Shown: positions 9,889 through 19,359 of the stretch, piece after piece
Position numbering within the stretch: the first letter of the stretch is position 1
Layout of the letters: every line of letters starts with the position of its first letter
Origin: a virus
Lineage: Duplodnaviria; Caudoviricetes
DNA length: 62,645 nucleotides
IMG/VR virus record: IMGVR_UViG_3300028883_000508
Coordinates: 1 to 62,645 of that record
Direction: 5' to 3' (one strand)
Notes under the pieces: model-generated
The model's input: only the letters and a program-made list of their open reading frames with translations
Database searches by the model: none
What the model was told of the DNA's origin: nothing
Made by a program: the position numbers and the translations under genes

Positions 9889-10377
9889 TTATTCTCCAAA
9901 TAATCCTAAAAATGTATCAGCATCTTTTTTAGATAATTTTTTAGCAATTTTTATAGTCTCAGGTTTTAATTTCATATCTCCATACATATCTTTGCCAACT
10001 TCTTCCCAATAACCTAAAAATTTTTTAGTTCCTATACTTATAAAATAACGTAATGTACTTAAATCAGGTGGCATATGACCAATTTTCTTATGTGCTTTAG
10101 CTATATCAACTAATACATCTGCTTCTTTTTTTCTTCCATTTACAATAGCATCAAATACAGCATTTTCTGTATGATAATTCCAATCTTCTAAATCATCTAA
10201 AATTTGTCTAACATTTACATCTTCTTTTTTTGGTTTAAATCCAAATGTTTTAGAAAGATAATCAGAAAATGCTTTATGAGCATATTTCCCACCTTTACCA
10301 ACTATATTAGCTAATGTCTGCATTGATCTATCAAATTCAGTTTCATTTGCTTCTTTGATATATTTTCTTAATTTCAT
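9889..10377 (-). CDS. Putative internal head protein
   Basis: N-terminus MKLRKYIKE resembles the T4 capsid-targeting sequence. Confidence 0.55.
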   Translation of the reverse strand: MKLRKYIKEANETEFDRSMQTLANIVGKGGKYAHKAFSDYLSKTFGFKPKKEDVNVRQILDDLEDWNYHTENAVFDAIVNGRKKEADVLVDIAKAHKKIGHMPPDLSTLRYFISIGTKKFLGYWEEVGKDMYGDMKLKPETIKIAKKLSKKDADTFLGLFGE

Positions 10378-10385
10378 AATTTCTC

Positions 10386-10679
10386 CTATTTTTTAAATAT
10401 TGCTTTAGAAGTATTATAAATCCATTCAGCTTGAGCTTTAGAAAAACCTTTATTCTTTTCATATGATTTTCTTGTACCTATTGCTTGTTTATAAATATCA
10501 TTTTTCTCCTGGCCCTTTAAAGCACCTATAATAGCATCTAGTGTTTTTTTAGCATCTTCAGTAGCATCTTCAGATAACATATATTGTTCTCTAATAACTT
10601 TATCATATGCACTAAGAATTCTACTATTTTCATCTGTGGCATTAAAATCTCTATTTAATCTTTTTGGATATAATTTCAT
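10386..10679 (-). CDS. Putative internal head protein
   Basis: Leader NSRILSAYDKVIRE...MLSE shared with neighbours. Confidence 0.5.
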   Translation of the reverse strand: MKLYPKRLNRDFNATDENSRILSAYDKVIREQYMLSEDATEDAKKTLDAIIGALKGQEKNDIYKQAIGTRKSYEKNKGFSKAQAEWIYNTSKAIFKK

Positions 10680-10743
10680 AATATTTACCTCTTATATTTT
10701 ATTTTTATTTAATTCGTAATGTGTCTTATCCATTTTATCTTTA

Positions 10744-10776
10744 TTATCTTTTAAAACTTTTTTCATATAATGTCAT
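10744..10776 (-). pseudogene. Truncated relic of an internal-protein gene (MTLYEKSFKR*)
   Basis: AGGAG then ATGACATTATATGAAAAAA, identical to the first 19 nt of the gene starting at 11402; stop after 10 codons. Confidence 0.5.
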
Positions 10777-10790
10777 TTTATTCTCCTATT

Positions 10791-11402
10791 TTATACAAGT
10801 TTTTTCAAATTTTTAGCATCTTCAAATTTAAGCATTAAATTAAGAACTCTAGCTGCTGCTTCTATTATTGATCTTTGTATTGGTCCTGCACTAGCTTGTT
10901 TTTTATGTATTACACCAAATTCATCTGATGGTCTATTTCTCCATTTTACAACATCATAACTACCATAGACAGTTATTGAATTTCCACCACCTTCACCATA
11001 CATGAATTCATCAGTAACTTTTTTAGATATTTCAGATTCTATTTTCTTAACAAGTTTATCTCTGAATTTCCAATCTAATTCAACAAAAACAAAAGTATTT
11101 CCACCCCTTAAAATATCTCCTGTTGCTTGATCTCTTTGATACCATTCATGTTTTTCAGCTACTTCTTTTATTTTATTTATATATGGTAATGCTTTGATGG
11201 TTTTTAAAGTGACTCTAATAGATCCATCATATCTTACCCCTACATCTCTATTTGTAAGTTTAAGTTTCTTTTTAAGAACTTCTCTAATTTCTTTTGTTTT
11301 TTCTGACCCTTCATTTACAAGAATTTGATTATAAGCTTCTTGAATTTTATCATTTTTATCAAGATTTGAAGATCTTTTGATTGTTTTTTCATATAATGTC
11401 AT
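10791..11402 (-). CDS. Putative internal head protein
   Basis: Leader NDKIQEAYNQILVNE; immediately downstream of the prohead protease. Confidence 0.5.
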   Translation of the reverse strand: MTLYEKTIKRSSNLDKNDKIQEAYNQILVNEGSEKTKEIREVLKKKLKLTNRDVGVRYDGSIRVTLKTIKALPYINKIKEVAEKHEWYQRDQATGDILRGGNTFVFVELDWKFRDKLVKKIESEISKKVTDEFMYGEGGGNSITVYGSYDVVKWRNRPSDEFGVIHKKQASAGPIQRSIIEAAARVLNLMLKFEDAKNLKKLV

Positions 11403-11406
11403 TATT

Positions 11407-12165
11407 TTATCCCTTTAATTTCTTTATTTGAGCATCAGTAAATTTAAATTTTGTTCTTAGTATTTTCTCTGCTTCTTTTGCACTTGGCCCACCCAACATT
11501 CCTTTTGCTGGATTTTTTACTGTATCCATACAAATTTTCTTTTGATGTTTATTAGCAACATCAACACCTTCAAACATTACATCAATAGTTTCCATCAAAT
11601 AATTAAAATATACTTCTTGTGCTTTTTTTATTTGTTCTTCTTTTATATTTTCATCCTTCATTCCTGGTAAAACAAAACTAGTTCCTTCATAAATACCATT
11701 TACCCATGAAGGATTATTAGAAGGATCAGTAACCAAATCCCATGTAATCAAATGAAAGTCTTCATTTACATAACCATCATCATTAACAGTACCTAATCCT
11801 CTTGAACTAATACCCATTTGTCCTTCTCTAACAAGAGTTTTAGCAATTTGGCCCATTGGAGTATCAAGAATCTTAGCTTTACCATAAAGATCATTTCCTC
11901 TCCATTCTAATTGAGTAGTTCTAAGAGCAATTTTATCAGGATTTACTTCAGGATTAGGTGGATGGCCTAATTCTCCCCATAAACATTTCTTTTCAACTTT
12001 TTGCTGAACTTTTGATACTTCTCTTTCTAGTAAATCTTTTTTATATACTCTTTTGTTATTATTTTTAAGTTCCGCTGAAGAAAAAATACCAACTGCATAC
12101 ATATCTTTAGTTTTTTTATCCTCATGCAACTCAAAATCATATGACATTTCTGTTATCAGTTTCAT
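11407..12165 (-). CDS. gp21: Prohead protease, T4 gp21-like
   Basis: MKLITE, NNNKRVY, GELGHP, ILDTPMG, GISSRGLG, DLVTDPS. Confidence 0.96.
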   Translation of the reverse strand: MKLITEMSYDFELHEDKKTKDMYAVGIFSSAELKNNNKRVYKKDLLEREVSKVQQKVEKKCLWGELGHPPNPEVNPDKIALRTTQLEWRGNDLYGKAKILDTPMGQIAKTLVREGQMGISSRGLGTVNDDGYVNEDFHLITWDLVTDPSNNPSWVNGIYEGTSFVLPGMKDENIKEEQIKKAQEVYFNYLMETIDVMFEGVDVANKHQKKICMDTVKNPAKGMLGGPSAKEAEKILRTKFKFTDAQIKKLKG

Positions 12166-12177
12166 GTTATATCTCCT

Positions 12178-12381
12178 TTATTCATCATCTCCTGTTTTAT
12201 CATCCAGATCTACATTAGCATCAGGAGCAGGATTAATATCTTGTGATAATCCTAATTTGTTTTTCAAAAAAACATCTCTTTTTCCAGCAATTTCTTGAGA
12301 AATAATTTCTTTTGCATCTACATATTGATCATTTTCAAAACTATCTAATGCTTTTCTAATCGCTTTTTTATTCATTTTCAC
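12178..12381 (-). CDS. Small prohead core protein (gp67-like position)
   Basis: 67 aa with acidic tail, between portal and protease. Confidence 0.5.
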   Translation of the reverse strand: MKMNKKAIRKALDSFENDQYVDAKEIISQEIAGKRDVFLKNKLGLSQDINPAPDANVDLDDKTGDDE

Positions 12382-12394
12382 ATTCTCCTTTTTT

Positions 12395-12637
12395 TTAATA
12401 TTTTTTTACTAAAAGTTTAGCATAATCATGTGCATCTCTTTCGTTAGGGAATATTTTTGTTATTTCAAGAAATTTATTAGCATCAATATCTTTTAATCTA
12501 ACACCATATCCATCCATATTTTCTTTTCCCCAAACAGCCACAACATGTGATTCTATGCCATACTCTTTATTTTGATAAATTTTAATAGGTTTTTTCTTTC
12601 CTTCATTTAAGTATTTATCTATTTTATTTAAATTCAT
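12395..12637 (-). CDS. Putative internal head protein
   Basis: N-terminus MNLNKIDKYLNE; preceded by TATAAATA. Confidence 0.5.
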   Translation of the reverse strand: MNLNKIDKYLNEGKKKPIKIYQNKEYGIESHVVAVWGKENMDGYGVRLKDIDANKFLEITKIFPNERDAHDYAKLLVKKY

Positions 12638-12652
12638 ATTTACCTCTCAATA

Positions 12653-12660
12653 TATTTATA
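12653..12660 (-). promoter_or_regulatory. T4-type late promoter TATAAATA (within tandem TAAATA repeats)
   Basis: Exact match upstream of the gene starting at 12637. Confidence 0.55.
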
Positions 12661-12677
12661 TTTATATTTATATTTAT

Positions 12678-14267
12678 TTACCAACTTGATCCACCACCAC
12701 CACCTTCTTCTTCAGCAAGTCCTAATTTAACATCTTTTTGTTTACCATCAACATTGGCTTGAATTTCTTCATCATCCCATTTTAAATATCTTTTCATTAA
12801 ATAATATTTAGACATTTCAGGTCTATCAGCAAGTTGTTGATAATTAGAAAATCTTGAATCATTGAACATTTGTTCCATCTGTTCTTTGTATTTAGATGGT
12901 GGATTCATAGTTATTAATATTTTTTTAGTTGTAAGATCATATTCTTTTTTCATTCCTTTAAACTCTAAATGTAAAAGGAACATATCAGTAAAATCTTTAC
13001 AAAGTTTTTTCTGTTGTCTCTCTAAAAATTTTGCCCATTTAATTTCATCTCTTGAAATTTCTGAAGTTTGTTGACCACCAAATAATGATTCTGCATCTCT
13101 CCCTTCTTGAGAAGCAGTAACTCTTGAACCTGGATATTTTAATGCTCTATAAAGTTTTTTCTGAAAATAATAAACATCATCAAGTTCACTGAACATATTG
13201 GTATTACCCCCAATAGTATCAATACTTGACCCTCTACCTTCAGCAGATTGTGGTAAATAAAAGTTTTCTAGAATGCCCATAACATCAGGTTCATGAGTTA
13301 AATTACCTGTTGTTGGATCATATGACTGTTTCTTAGTCATTTTGTTTTTTATCATTTCCACATATTTTAATGCCTTTTCTCTTGGCATATTACCTGTATC
13401 AATTCTAAATACATATCTTTCAGGAGCACGAACAACTCTCATAATAATAACTGATGTTTCCAATAATTTTAATTGATTAAATGGTACTTTTGCTTTTTCT
13501 AAATATCCTATAATTTCATATCTTGTTCTTCCATAGATACCATTATCAATAAATCCTATTTGATTAGGATCAAATAATATCAAATCTTTTTTATCTCTTT
13601 CTCTTGCTTCTTCAATTGATGCTGGTTTTTTTGTTTTGGGTTTTAAATATTGAATATATGAAATTATTTGCCCTGAAATTGGATCATAAAAGAAATCCAT
13701 TGTATCTGATGGGAGTCTTTTTATATTAATTATACCTTTTTTTGGTTTAGTTTTATCAATTACTCTTTCATAATATATTCTACCATCAACATAAAAAGTC
13801 CAAAGTAAATCCCAAACTTTAGTTTTCATATCAAGTTTTTCTCTGAAAAGTTCATTGAATTCTTTCTTTAAATTTTTTACTATATTTTCATTACTTTGTA
13901 GATTTTTATCTAATATATCTAAATGAAATACATCACCAATATCATCTTCTTGAGTTGATTCATTTACAGCATCTTCAATTACATCTGATATTTCAGGAGT
14001 AGTAGCCATTACTCTATATTCATTCATTCTTTGGACTTCATTTTCAAATACTCTATTTATATAAGTATTATAAAATAAATTAAATCCTTGAACTTGAATA
14101 TTAGTGTAACCTGGAATTTCAGCTAAAGTTTCCCATCCTTCCCCTTTTTGATTTATAATTTTTTTTATACTTCTATTATATTCACCCATTCCTTTAAAAG
14201 ATTTTATTTCTTCTTTTAATATAGGTTTTGGATTTTTACCCCATTTCATTCCTAAAAATTTGCCCAT
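12678..14267 (-). CDS. gp20: Portal protein, T4 gp20-like
   Basis: FYVDGRIY, NQLKLLETSVIIMRVVRAPERYVFRIDTGNMP, YFQKKLYRALKYPGSR, EISRDEIKW. Confidence 0.96.
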   Translation of the reverse strand: MGKFLGMKWGKNPKPILKEEIKSFKGMGEYNRSIKKIINQKGEGWETLAEIPGYTNIQVQGFNLFYNTYINRVFENEVQRMNEYRVMATTPEISDVIEDAVNESTQEDDIGDVFHLDILDKNLQSNENIVKNLKKEFNELFREKLDMKTKVWDLLWTFYVDGRIYYERVIDKTKPKKGIINIKRLPSDTMDFFYDPISGQIISYIQYLKPKTKKPASIEEARERDKKDLILFDPNQIGFIDNGIYGRTRYEIIGYLEKAKVPFNQLKLLETSVIIMRVVRAPERYVFRIDTGNMPREKALKYVEMIKNKMTKKQSYDPTTGNLTHEPDVMGILENFYLPQSAEGRGSSIDTIGGNTNMFSELDDVYYFQKKLYRALKYPGSRVTASQEGRDAESLFGGQQTSEISRDEIKWAKFLERQQKKLCKDFTDMFLLHLEFKGMKKEYDLTTKKILITMNPPSKYKEQMEQMFNDSRFSNYQQLADRPEMSKYYLMKRYLKWDDEEIQANVDGKQKDVKLGLAEEEGGGGGSSW

Positions 14268-14280
14268 TATTTTTCACTCC

Positions 14281-14664
14281 TTAAAACAAAATTAAATTAA
14301 GATCATATTTTTTTAAAGGATCATCTACTGTACCAGCACCAGAAGCAGTAACAATACCCTTTTGTTTTTTAAATTTTCCCTTATTATCATCCCACATTAT
14401 AGTAAATCTCCATTCTTTTGCATCAGGCATTACTACTTCTTTATTATATTTTTTGTAATCAGAACTATCAATATGCCAATTAAGATTAAGTTCATCAAAA
14501 GTATTCCATATACATTGTGGACCTTGCCAATAACTATCCTTATATAATTTATTATAAGTACATTTTTTAGTAGATTTGTATATTAAAGTCTTTAATTTTG
14601 CTTTAGATAAACCATCTGCTCCTAATCCTGTACCCTTTTCAATTAAATATTTTTTTAACTTCAT
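14281..14664 (-). CDS. Putative internal head protein
   Basis: N-terminus MKLKKYLIE; GGAG and TAAATA upstream. Confidence 0.55.
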   Translation of the reverse strand: MKLKKYLIEKGTGLGADGLSKAKLKTLIYKSTKKCTYNKLYKDSYWQGPQCIWNTFDELNLNWHIDSSDYKKYNKEVVMPDAKEWRFTIMWDDNKGKFKKQKGIVTASGAGTVDDPLKKYDLNLILF

Positions 14665-14736
14665 TTAAATAATCTCCTAAATATATTTAGTGTTCTGTTT
14701 ATATTTAGATTTTTTTATCTAAAAATTCTTTTTGTC

Positions 14737-14964
14737 TTAATAATTAATTTCAACATTTGGATTCATTTTAATAAAATCTATTATCTCATTTATATTATCA
14801 TGTACTATTCTTCTATTTATAAATAATTCATTGTCGTGGTAATCTTTAGCCAATTTAAATTTATTAGGAGTAGTAGGACATACATGAAACCATAATCCTT
14901 TGATATATGGCCTTAGAATGGGATCAAGATGGTATTTTTGCTCTATAAACTTTCCAATGTTCAA
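14737..14964 (-). CDS. Hypothetical protein
   Basis: 75 aa ORF, TTG start uncertain. Confidence 0.45.
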   Translation of the reverse strand: MNIGKFIEQKYHLDPILRPYIKGLWFHVCPTTPNKFKLAKDYHDNELFINRRIVHDNINEIIDFIKMNPNVEINY

Positions 14965-15010
14965 AAAAGAATTTTATTTTAAAAATATTCATTGTATATA
15001 TGATCTATTA

Positions 15011-15054
15011 TTCCAAGATTTTTTTGTTCTAACATCAGATCTTTCATAATCATC
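15011..15054 (-). repeat. 44-bp copy of 19394-19437 (gene relic)
   Basis: 42/44 identical; encodes DDYERSDVRTKKSW versus DDYGRSDVRTRKSW. Confidence 0.8.
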
Positions 15055-15367
15055 CCATTCCATATCCACAAATATTTTCTAATCCTTTTGGTTTATCAAT
15101 TTGTTTGTATCCACTGTTCCATTTATACCAATATATTTCACTAGTAAATCCATATATTCCTTCTTTATGTCCTTCTATAATACAATATGGATAATGTCCT
15201 TCTTCATACATATCTCCATAATTATCCTCAACTGCTTCTTTTGCATTTTCTAAATCAATAAAATATCCAATACATCTTTTTCCTAAACTCCATTCTTTAA
15301 TTCCTTTATTGAATTTATTATGATTAAATGGAGATATTCTTTTAATTGTAGTTATTGTGTATATCAT
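15050..15367 (-). CDS. Hypothetical phage protein
   Basis: 105 aa with AAGGA upstream. Confidence 0.7.
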   Translation of the reverse strand: MIYTITTIKRISPFNHNKFNKGIKEWSLGKRCIGYFIDLENAKEAVEDNYGDMYEEGHYPYCIIEGHKEGIYGFTSEIYWYKWNSGYKQIDKPKGLENICGYGMG

Positions 15368-15714
15368 CTTTAAAATTCCTTTCTATTTTAGAAAATATTT
15401 TTTACTATATTGTATTATTTCTACTATTGAATGGGAAAATGGATCTATAAAATATTTTGAGGTAGGATAAAAATAGGTTATATCACTAAAAAATTGCATA
15501 TTATCATTTATATGGTTATAATGCAAAACATTGTAAGTTAAGTTGTCAAGTATGTCTATAAAACAATCAAAAGAATCAAGAGACAACTATTTCCTTACAT
15601 AAAAACCTAAACATATTTCCTGTTTTGATTTAATTTCTTGAACAGGAAAATCAGTAATCATAGGAATATAACATATTCTCCTTTACATTTTTTTTTAATT
15701 AAGATTAATAGTAA

Positions 15715-16944
15715 CTAACTATGTGAAGGACATTCACCATTACAACCACAATCAGATGGGTCACAATTGCAATGACTGTCACATATACATGCAATTCTTG
15801 TTGCATTAATTTTTGTTTGTAAATCTGTTATATCAGTAGCATAAATTATACTACCAGATGGACTACCAGATTGAGCTAAAAAACTAGTTGTTACTAATGA
15901 TCCAAATCCACTATCATTTACTACTTCATTATTAGCTTCTTTTATATCATTAAAATGATTTCTTAATATAGTACCACCTGATACAACTCCACTTGTCCAT
16001 AAATATCCAGAAAAATCATTATTAGAACATGCAATATCTCCTGGTGTATGAGTATCACAATAATCAGGTTCACCTGAATTAAATCTTCTAATACCATTAA
16101 CTCTTTCATCATCAATTGCAATTTGAAGTTCTTCTAAATGACTTGCTCTTATATAATCAAGAGCTACAATAGAAGTAAAAGTATATTCATTTGAACATAC
16201 AGGAGCATTTCCAGTACAAATTTGATTACTTCCACAATCATTTGTACAAGAATCACCACTTGAGCTTGATCCTGATTCACAATTAAAAGCTACTTGCATT
16301 GATATATCACATACATCATCATTTTCATCATGAGGCCAAGATTTTGTTCCTGTTGGACCTGTAGATGGATAATAATATCCTGATGCTAACCACATTCTTC
16401 CTGTTTTACCAATATCAAAAAAACTAGTAACTCCCACTGGTGGATTTAGATATGTGGGATTAAAAACATTAAGACCATCATTAGCAACTAACATTGGTAT
16501 ACTAAATACAAGTGACCCTGAATTATTTATATCTATTGAAGGAGTATCAATACTATCATTTTCTGCTCTATCATCTGAAGCACCTGCTATTGCATCTATT
16601 ATATCATCAAGATCAACCCCTCTTAAACAAGTAATAAAACCACACCAATATTCACTATTAGTTTGAGTCCATGTATAACTAGATGGTTCTGTAGAATAAT
16701 TAACTATTTCTTTAGTATAAAGTAAAAGTTGTCTATCTGCTTCATCTCCATCTGATTTTCTTAGAACAAGATCCCATCCTGAAGGTGGATTTATTGTATT
16801 TCTATCAATACTACCAACTACAGCTACAAAAAGATCATTATTTTGTCCTGTTGGTTTATCTATCTCTATACTAGTACTTTGACTTACATCACCAAAAAAA
16901 TTTTTAGAATATCCTGTAGTTGTATCAATAATTGTAATTGCCAT
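15715..16944 (-). CDS. Cys-rich putative virion/fibre-associated protein, candidate radical SAM substrate
   Basis: PPSGW...EPSSYTWT beta domain, three IxxxHxxELxxxI-like repeats, C-terminal CICDSHCNCDPSDCGCNGEC. Confidence 0.6.
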   Translation of the reverse strand: MAITIIDTTTGYSKNFFGDVSQSTSIEIDKPTGQNNDLFVAVVGSIDRNTINPPSGWDLVLRKSDGDEADRQLLLYTKEIVNYSTEPSSYTWTQTNSEYWCGFITCLRGVDLDDIIDAIAGASDDRAENDSIDTPSIDINNSGSLVFSIPMLVANDGLNVFNPTYLNPPVGVTSFFDIGKTGRMWLASGYYYPSTGPTGTKSWPHDENDDVCDISMQVAFNCESGSSSSGDSCTNDCGSNQICTGNAPVCSNEYTFTSIVALDYIRASHLEELQIAIDDERVNGIRRFNSGEPDYCDTHTPGDIACSNNDFSGYLWTSGVVSGGTILRNHFNDIKEANNEVVNDSGFGSLVTTSFLAQSGSPSGSIIYATDITDLQTKINATRIACICDSHCNCDPSDCGCNGECPSHS

Positions 16945-16948
16945 AATA

Positions 16949-19120
16949 TTATTTCCTTATTAATATAGACTCAATAGCAGCACCTACCTTACCTACCATT
17001 TGATAATATTCACATAATTCTTTTTGAACAGGATAATCATACCATCTATCTAAATGAGTCTTTTTTTTACTTTCTTCATATTTTCTTACATTACATCTCA
17101 AACATGAACCAGCTATACATTGTTGGCATTCTTCAGGTTCAATATGATTATTTTCATAAAGACTATTTGCTTTCTGTATACTATTTATAAAATTTTTATC
17201 AAAAATATTTGTGTATTTAAGATCATTAGAACATCTTGAATAAATTGCACCATGACAATTATATACTTCTCCATTAGTATCTATACATGCCATACTTTTT
17301 CCAGTAGCACAAAAAGCTTTATTACTTCTAAATATATTTGACAAAAAATATTTATGTTTTCTATAAAATTCTATTTCTTTTGTAGCTATTCCAATTAAAT
17401 ATTCTTCTATTATTTCTTTATTTTTTTCAAATTCTACATCATAATAGTCCATAGTTAAAGAATATTTTATTTTAGGACCATATATACTATGTAATTTTTC
17501 AAAATCTTCCCATGATTGAATTATAAAATTATAATTTTTCCAAGTTAAAGTAGATTTTAATCCATATTCAATACCATAACGATGTAATTCATTTATAGCA
17601 TTTTTTACAATATCAGAAGTAGATTTACCTTTTTTATCTTTTCTAAGTTTATCGTGAATTGGATTTCCATCATAAGATACTTGAACAGTTAGTTTTTTTA
17701 TATTAGAATCAATAAAAGGCTGTTCTTTTAATCTTCTATAGGTAGGCATCATTTCATTTGTAGTTGAACCATTAGTATATATAAAGAAAGCTATTCTTAT
17801 ATCTTTTCTGAATGTTTCCATTAAAGCTTTACATAATGGCATATTGAGAGTAGGTTCTCCCCCCCATAATATAAGTTTTATACCAGAATATTGTGATTTA
17901 AACCATTCAGATGCTAATAATTCTTTTATTCTTTTAGTAAGAATTTTTATATCTAAAAGATTTTCTTTAAGAATATGATTTTTCTCAAAACAATTATGAA
18001 CAGCAAATCCATTAGCTATATATGTTCCACTTTCTGTTTCTATATTATAAACTTTTTTAATTCCTAAATTTTCTATTTTTTTTATCTTTTCACTATTTAA
18101 AAGTTTATTATCATATATAACTTCAAATCCTTTTCTTTTAATAGATGGTTGTGTTATCTGTATAAATTTTATTCTATCAAAATATTTGCAAAATCTAATT
18201 GATTTACAAATATTATTTTCTTCTTTAAATTCTATGGATAATTTATTTAATCCATCTTTTATTTCATTAATAATATTTTCATCTGTATTATAAATTCTTA
18301 TAAAACCTTTTTGATGAGAACCTTCAGCATCAAATATACCTGATAAAAATCCACATAAGTATTCATATGTTTTATTTTTTCTAAAATTATTATTTATTAA
18401 AAAATTTAATTTTTCATATGTATCTCTTTTTCCAGAAAATATTGCTTCGGATATTATATTATGTTTTTTTGATATTTCAAAATCTCTTAATACATAATTA
18501 ATCTTAATATCATCTAAATATTTTTTAGTTCTTTCTATAGGTTCTTTATCTTTTAAAGCTAATCTAAAAAGAAATATATCATATTCTGGCCCATGATGAT
18601 TTTCTTTATAATTTTTTAAAGTTCCATCTCCTAATATAATACCTAATAAATATCCAATTTTATAATCATAGTTTATAGGACATGGTTTATTTTCATCATA
18701 CCATATACCCATTACTTTTTGGTTAATTTTATAATCACCAGCTTCTTTCATTCCATAATTATGATTACTTCTATTATTATATATTCGATGATTTTTTGTT
18801 ATATTAAGAAATTTATTATTTTCAAGAGTTATTCTTATTACTTCATCTTCTCTTTCAAATAAATTTAAAACTTTGGCAGGTTTTATTTTACGATGTTTAT
18901 ATTTTTCTTTATATTCATCAAAACCAAGTACTTCATCACCAATTTTTATATCTTTTATTTCTTTAATAGAAAAATCAGACATAAAAATTTTAGAATCATC
19001 TGTTAGGCAATAAGTACACCTAAAATTACATTTTTGAGTAGTAGTTATTTCTAATCCATATATTCCTTTCTGTATTTCACAATCTTTTTTCGATTCTTTT
19101 CTCAAATCTGTTAATTTCAT
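16949..19120 (-). CDS. Radical SAM/SPASM protein containing an intein
   Basis: CNFRCTY|C(FE) motif after splicing, WGGEPTLN, YTNG, VSYDG, SPASM cysteines CATG...NCHG...CQQC...CLRC. Confidence 0.92.
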   Translation of the reverse strand: MKLTDLRKESKKDCEIQKGIYGLEITTTQKCNFRCTYCLTDDSKIFMSDFSIKEIKDIKIGDEVLGFDEYKEKYKHRKIKPAKVLNLFEREDEVIRITLENNKFLNITKNHRIYNNRSNHNYGMKEAGDYKINQKVMGIWYDENKPCPINYDYKIGYLLGIILGDGTLKNYKENHHGPEYDIFLFRLALKDKEPIERTKKYLDDIKINYVLRDFEISKKHNIISEAIFSGKRDTYEKLNFLINNNFRKNKTYEYLCGFLSGIFDAEGSHQKGFIRIYNTDENIINEIKDGLNKLSIEFKEENNICKSIRFCKYFDRIKFIQITQPSIKRKGFEVIYDNKLLNSEKIKKIENLGIKKVYNIETESGTYIANGFAVHNCFEKNHILKENLLDIKILTKRIKELLASEWFKSQYSGIKLILWGGEPTLNMPLCKALMETFRKDIRIAFFIYTNGSTTNEMMPTYRRLKEQPFIDSNIKKLTVQVSYDGNPIHDKLRKDKKGKSTSDIVKNAINELHRYGIEYGLKSTLTWKNYNFIIQSWEDFEKLHSIYGPKIKYSLTMDYYDVEFEKNKEIIEEYLIGIATKEIEFYRKHKYFLSNIFRSNKAFCATGKSMACIDTNGEVYNCHGAIYSRCSNDLKYTNIFDKNFINSIQKANSLYENNHIEPEECQQCIAGSCLRCNVRKYEESKKKTHLDRWYDYPVQKELCEYYQMVGKVGAAIESILIRK
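17993..19009 (-). mobile_element. Intein (339 aa) with LAGLIDADG homing endonuclease
   Basis: Begins CLTDDS, ends GFAVHN, +1 residue Cys; YLLGIILGDG and FLSGIFDAEG blocks. Confidence 0.93.
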
Positions 19121-19274
19121 CTTCCACCTTTTTATCTATAGCAATAATTTGATTTTTATATTCTTGTGCTTTATCTAACAGTAATTTAGCAAAATCAGAA
19201 TCAATATGTTTAACAAATTTTGCACATTCAACTAGTGCTATAGAAGCATTATATAATAATCTATTTCTGTTCAT
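19077..19274 (-). CDS. Hypothetical protein (65 aa)
   Basis: ATG 19274 with AAAGGA just after tRNA-Gly; the longer ORF-track start overlaps the tRNA. Confidence 0.6.
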   Translation of the reverse strand: MNRNRLLYNASIALVECAKFVKHIDSDFAKLLLDKAQEYKNQIIAIDKKVEDEINRFEKRIEKRL

Positions 19275-19285
19275 ATGTTTTCCTT

Positions 19286-19359
19286 TGGAGCGAATGGAGA
19301 GATTTGAACTCTCATTAACAGATTGGAAGTCTGTCAGTCTACCATTGACGTACACCCGC
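19286..19359 (-). tRNA. tRNA-Gly(TCC)
   Basis: GCGGGTG/CATTCGC acceptor, ACAGA-CTTCCAA-TCTGT, GAGAG-TTCAAAT-CTCTC, encoded CCA. Confidence 0.92.

Noticed and set aside
15383-15700. 67-aa ORF or structured ncRNA (TTTCCTGTT/AACAGGAAA stem)
   Set aside because: TTG start with weak support; a single AT-rich stem is too little to call an RNA
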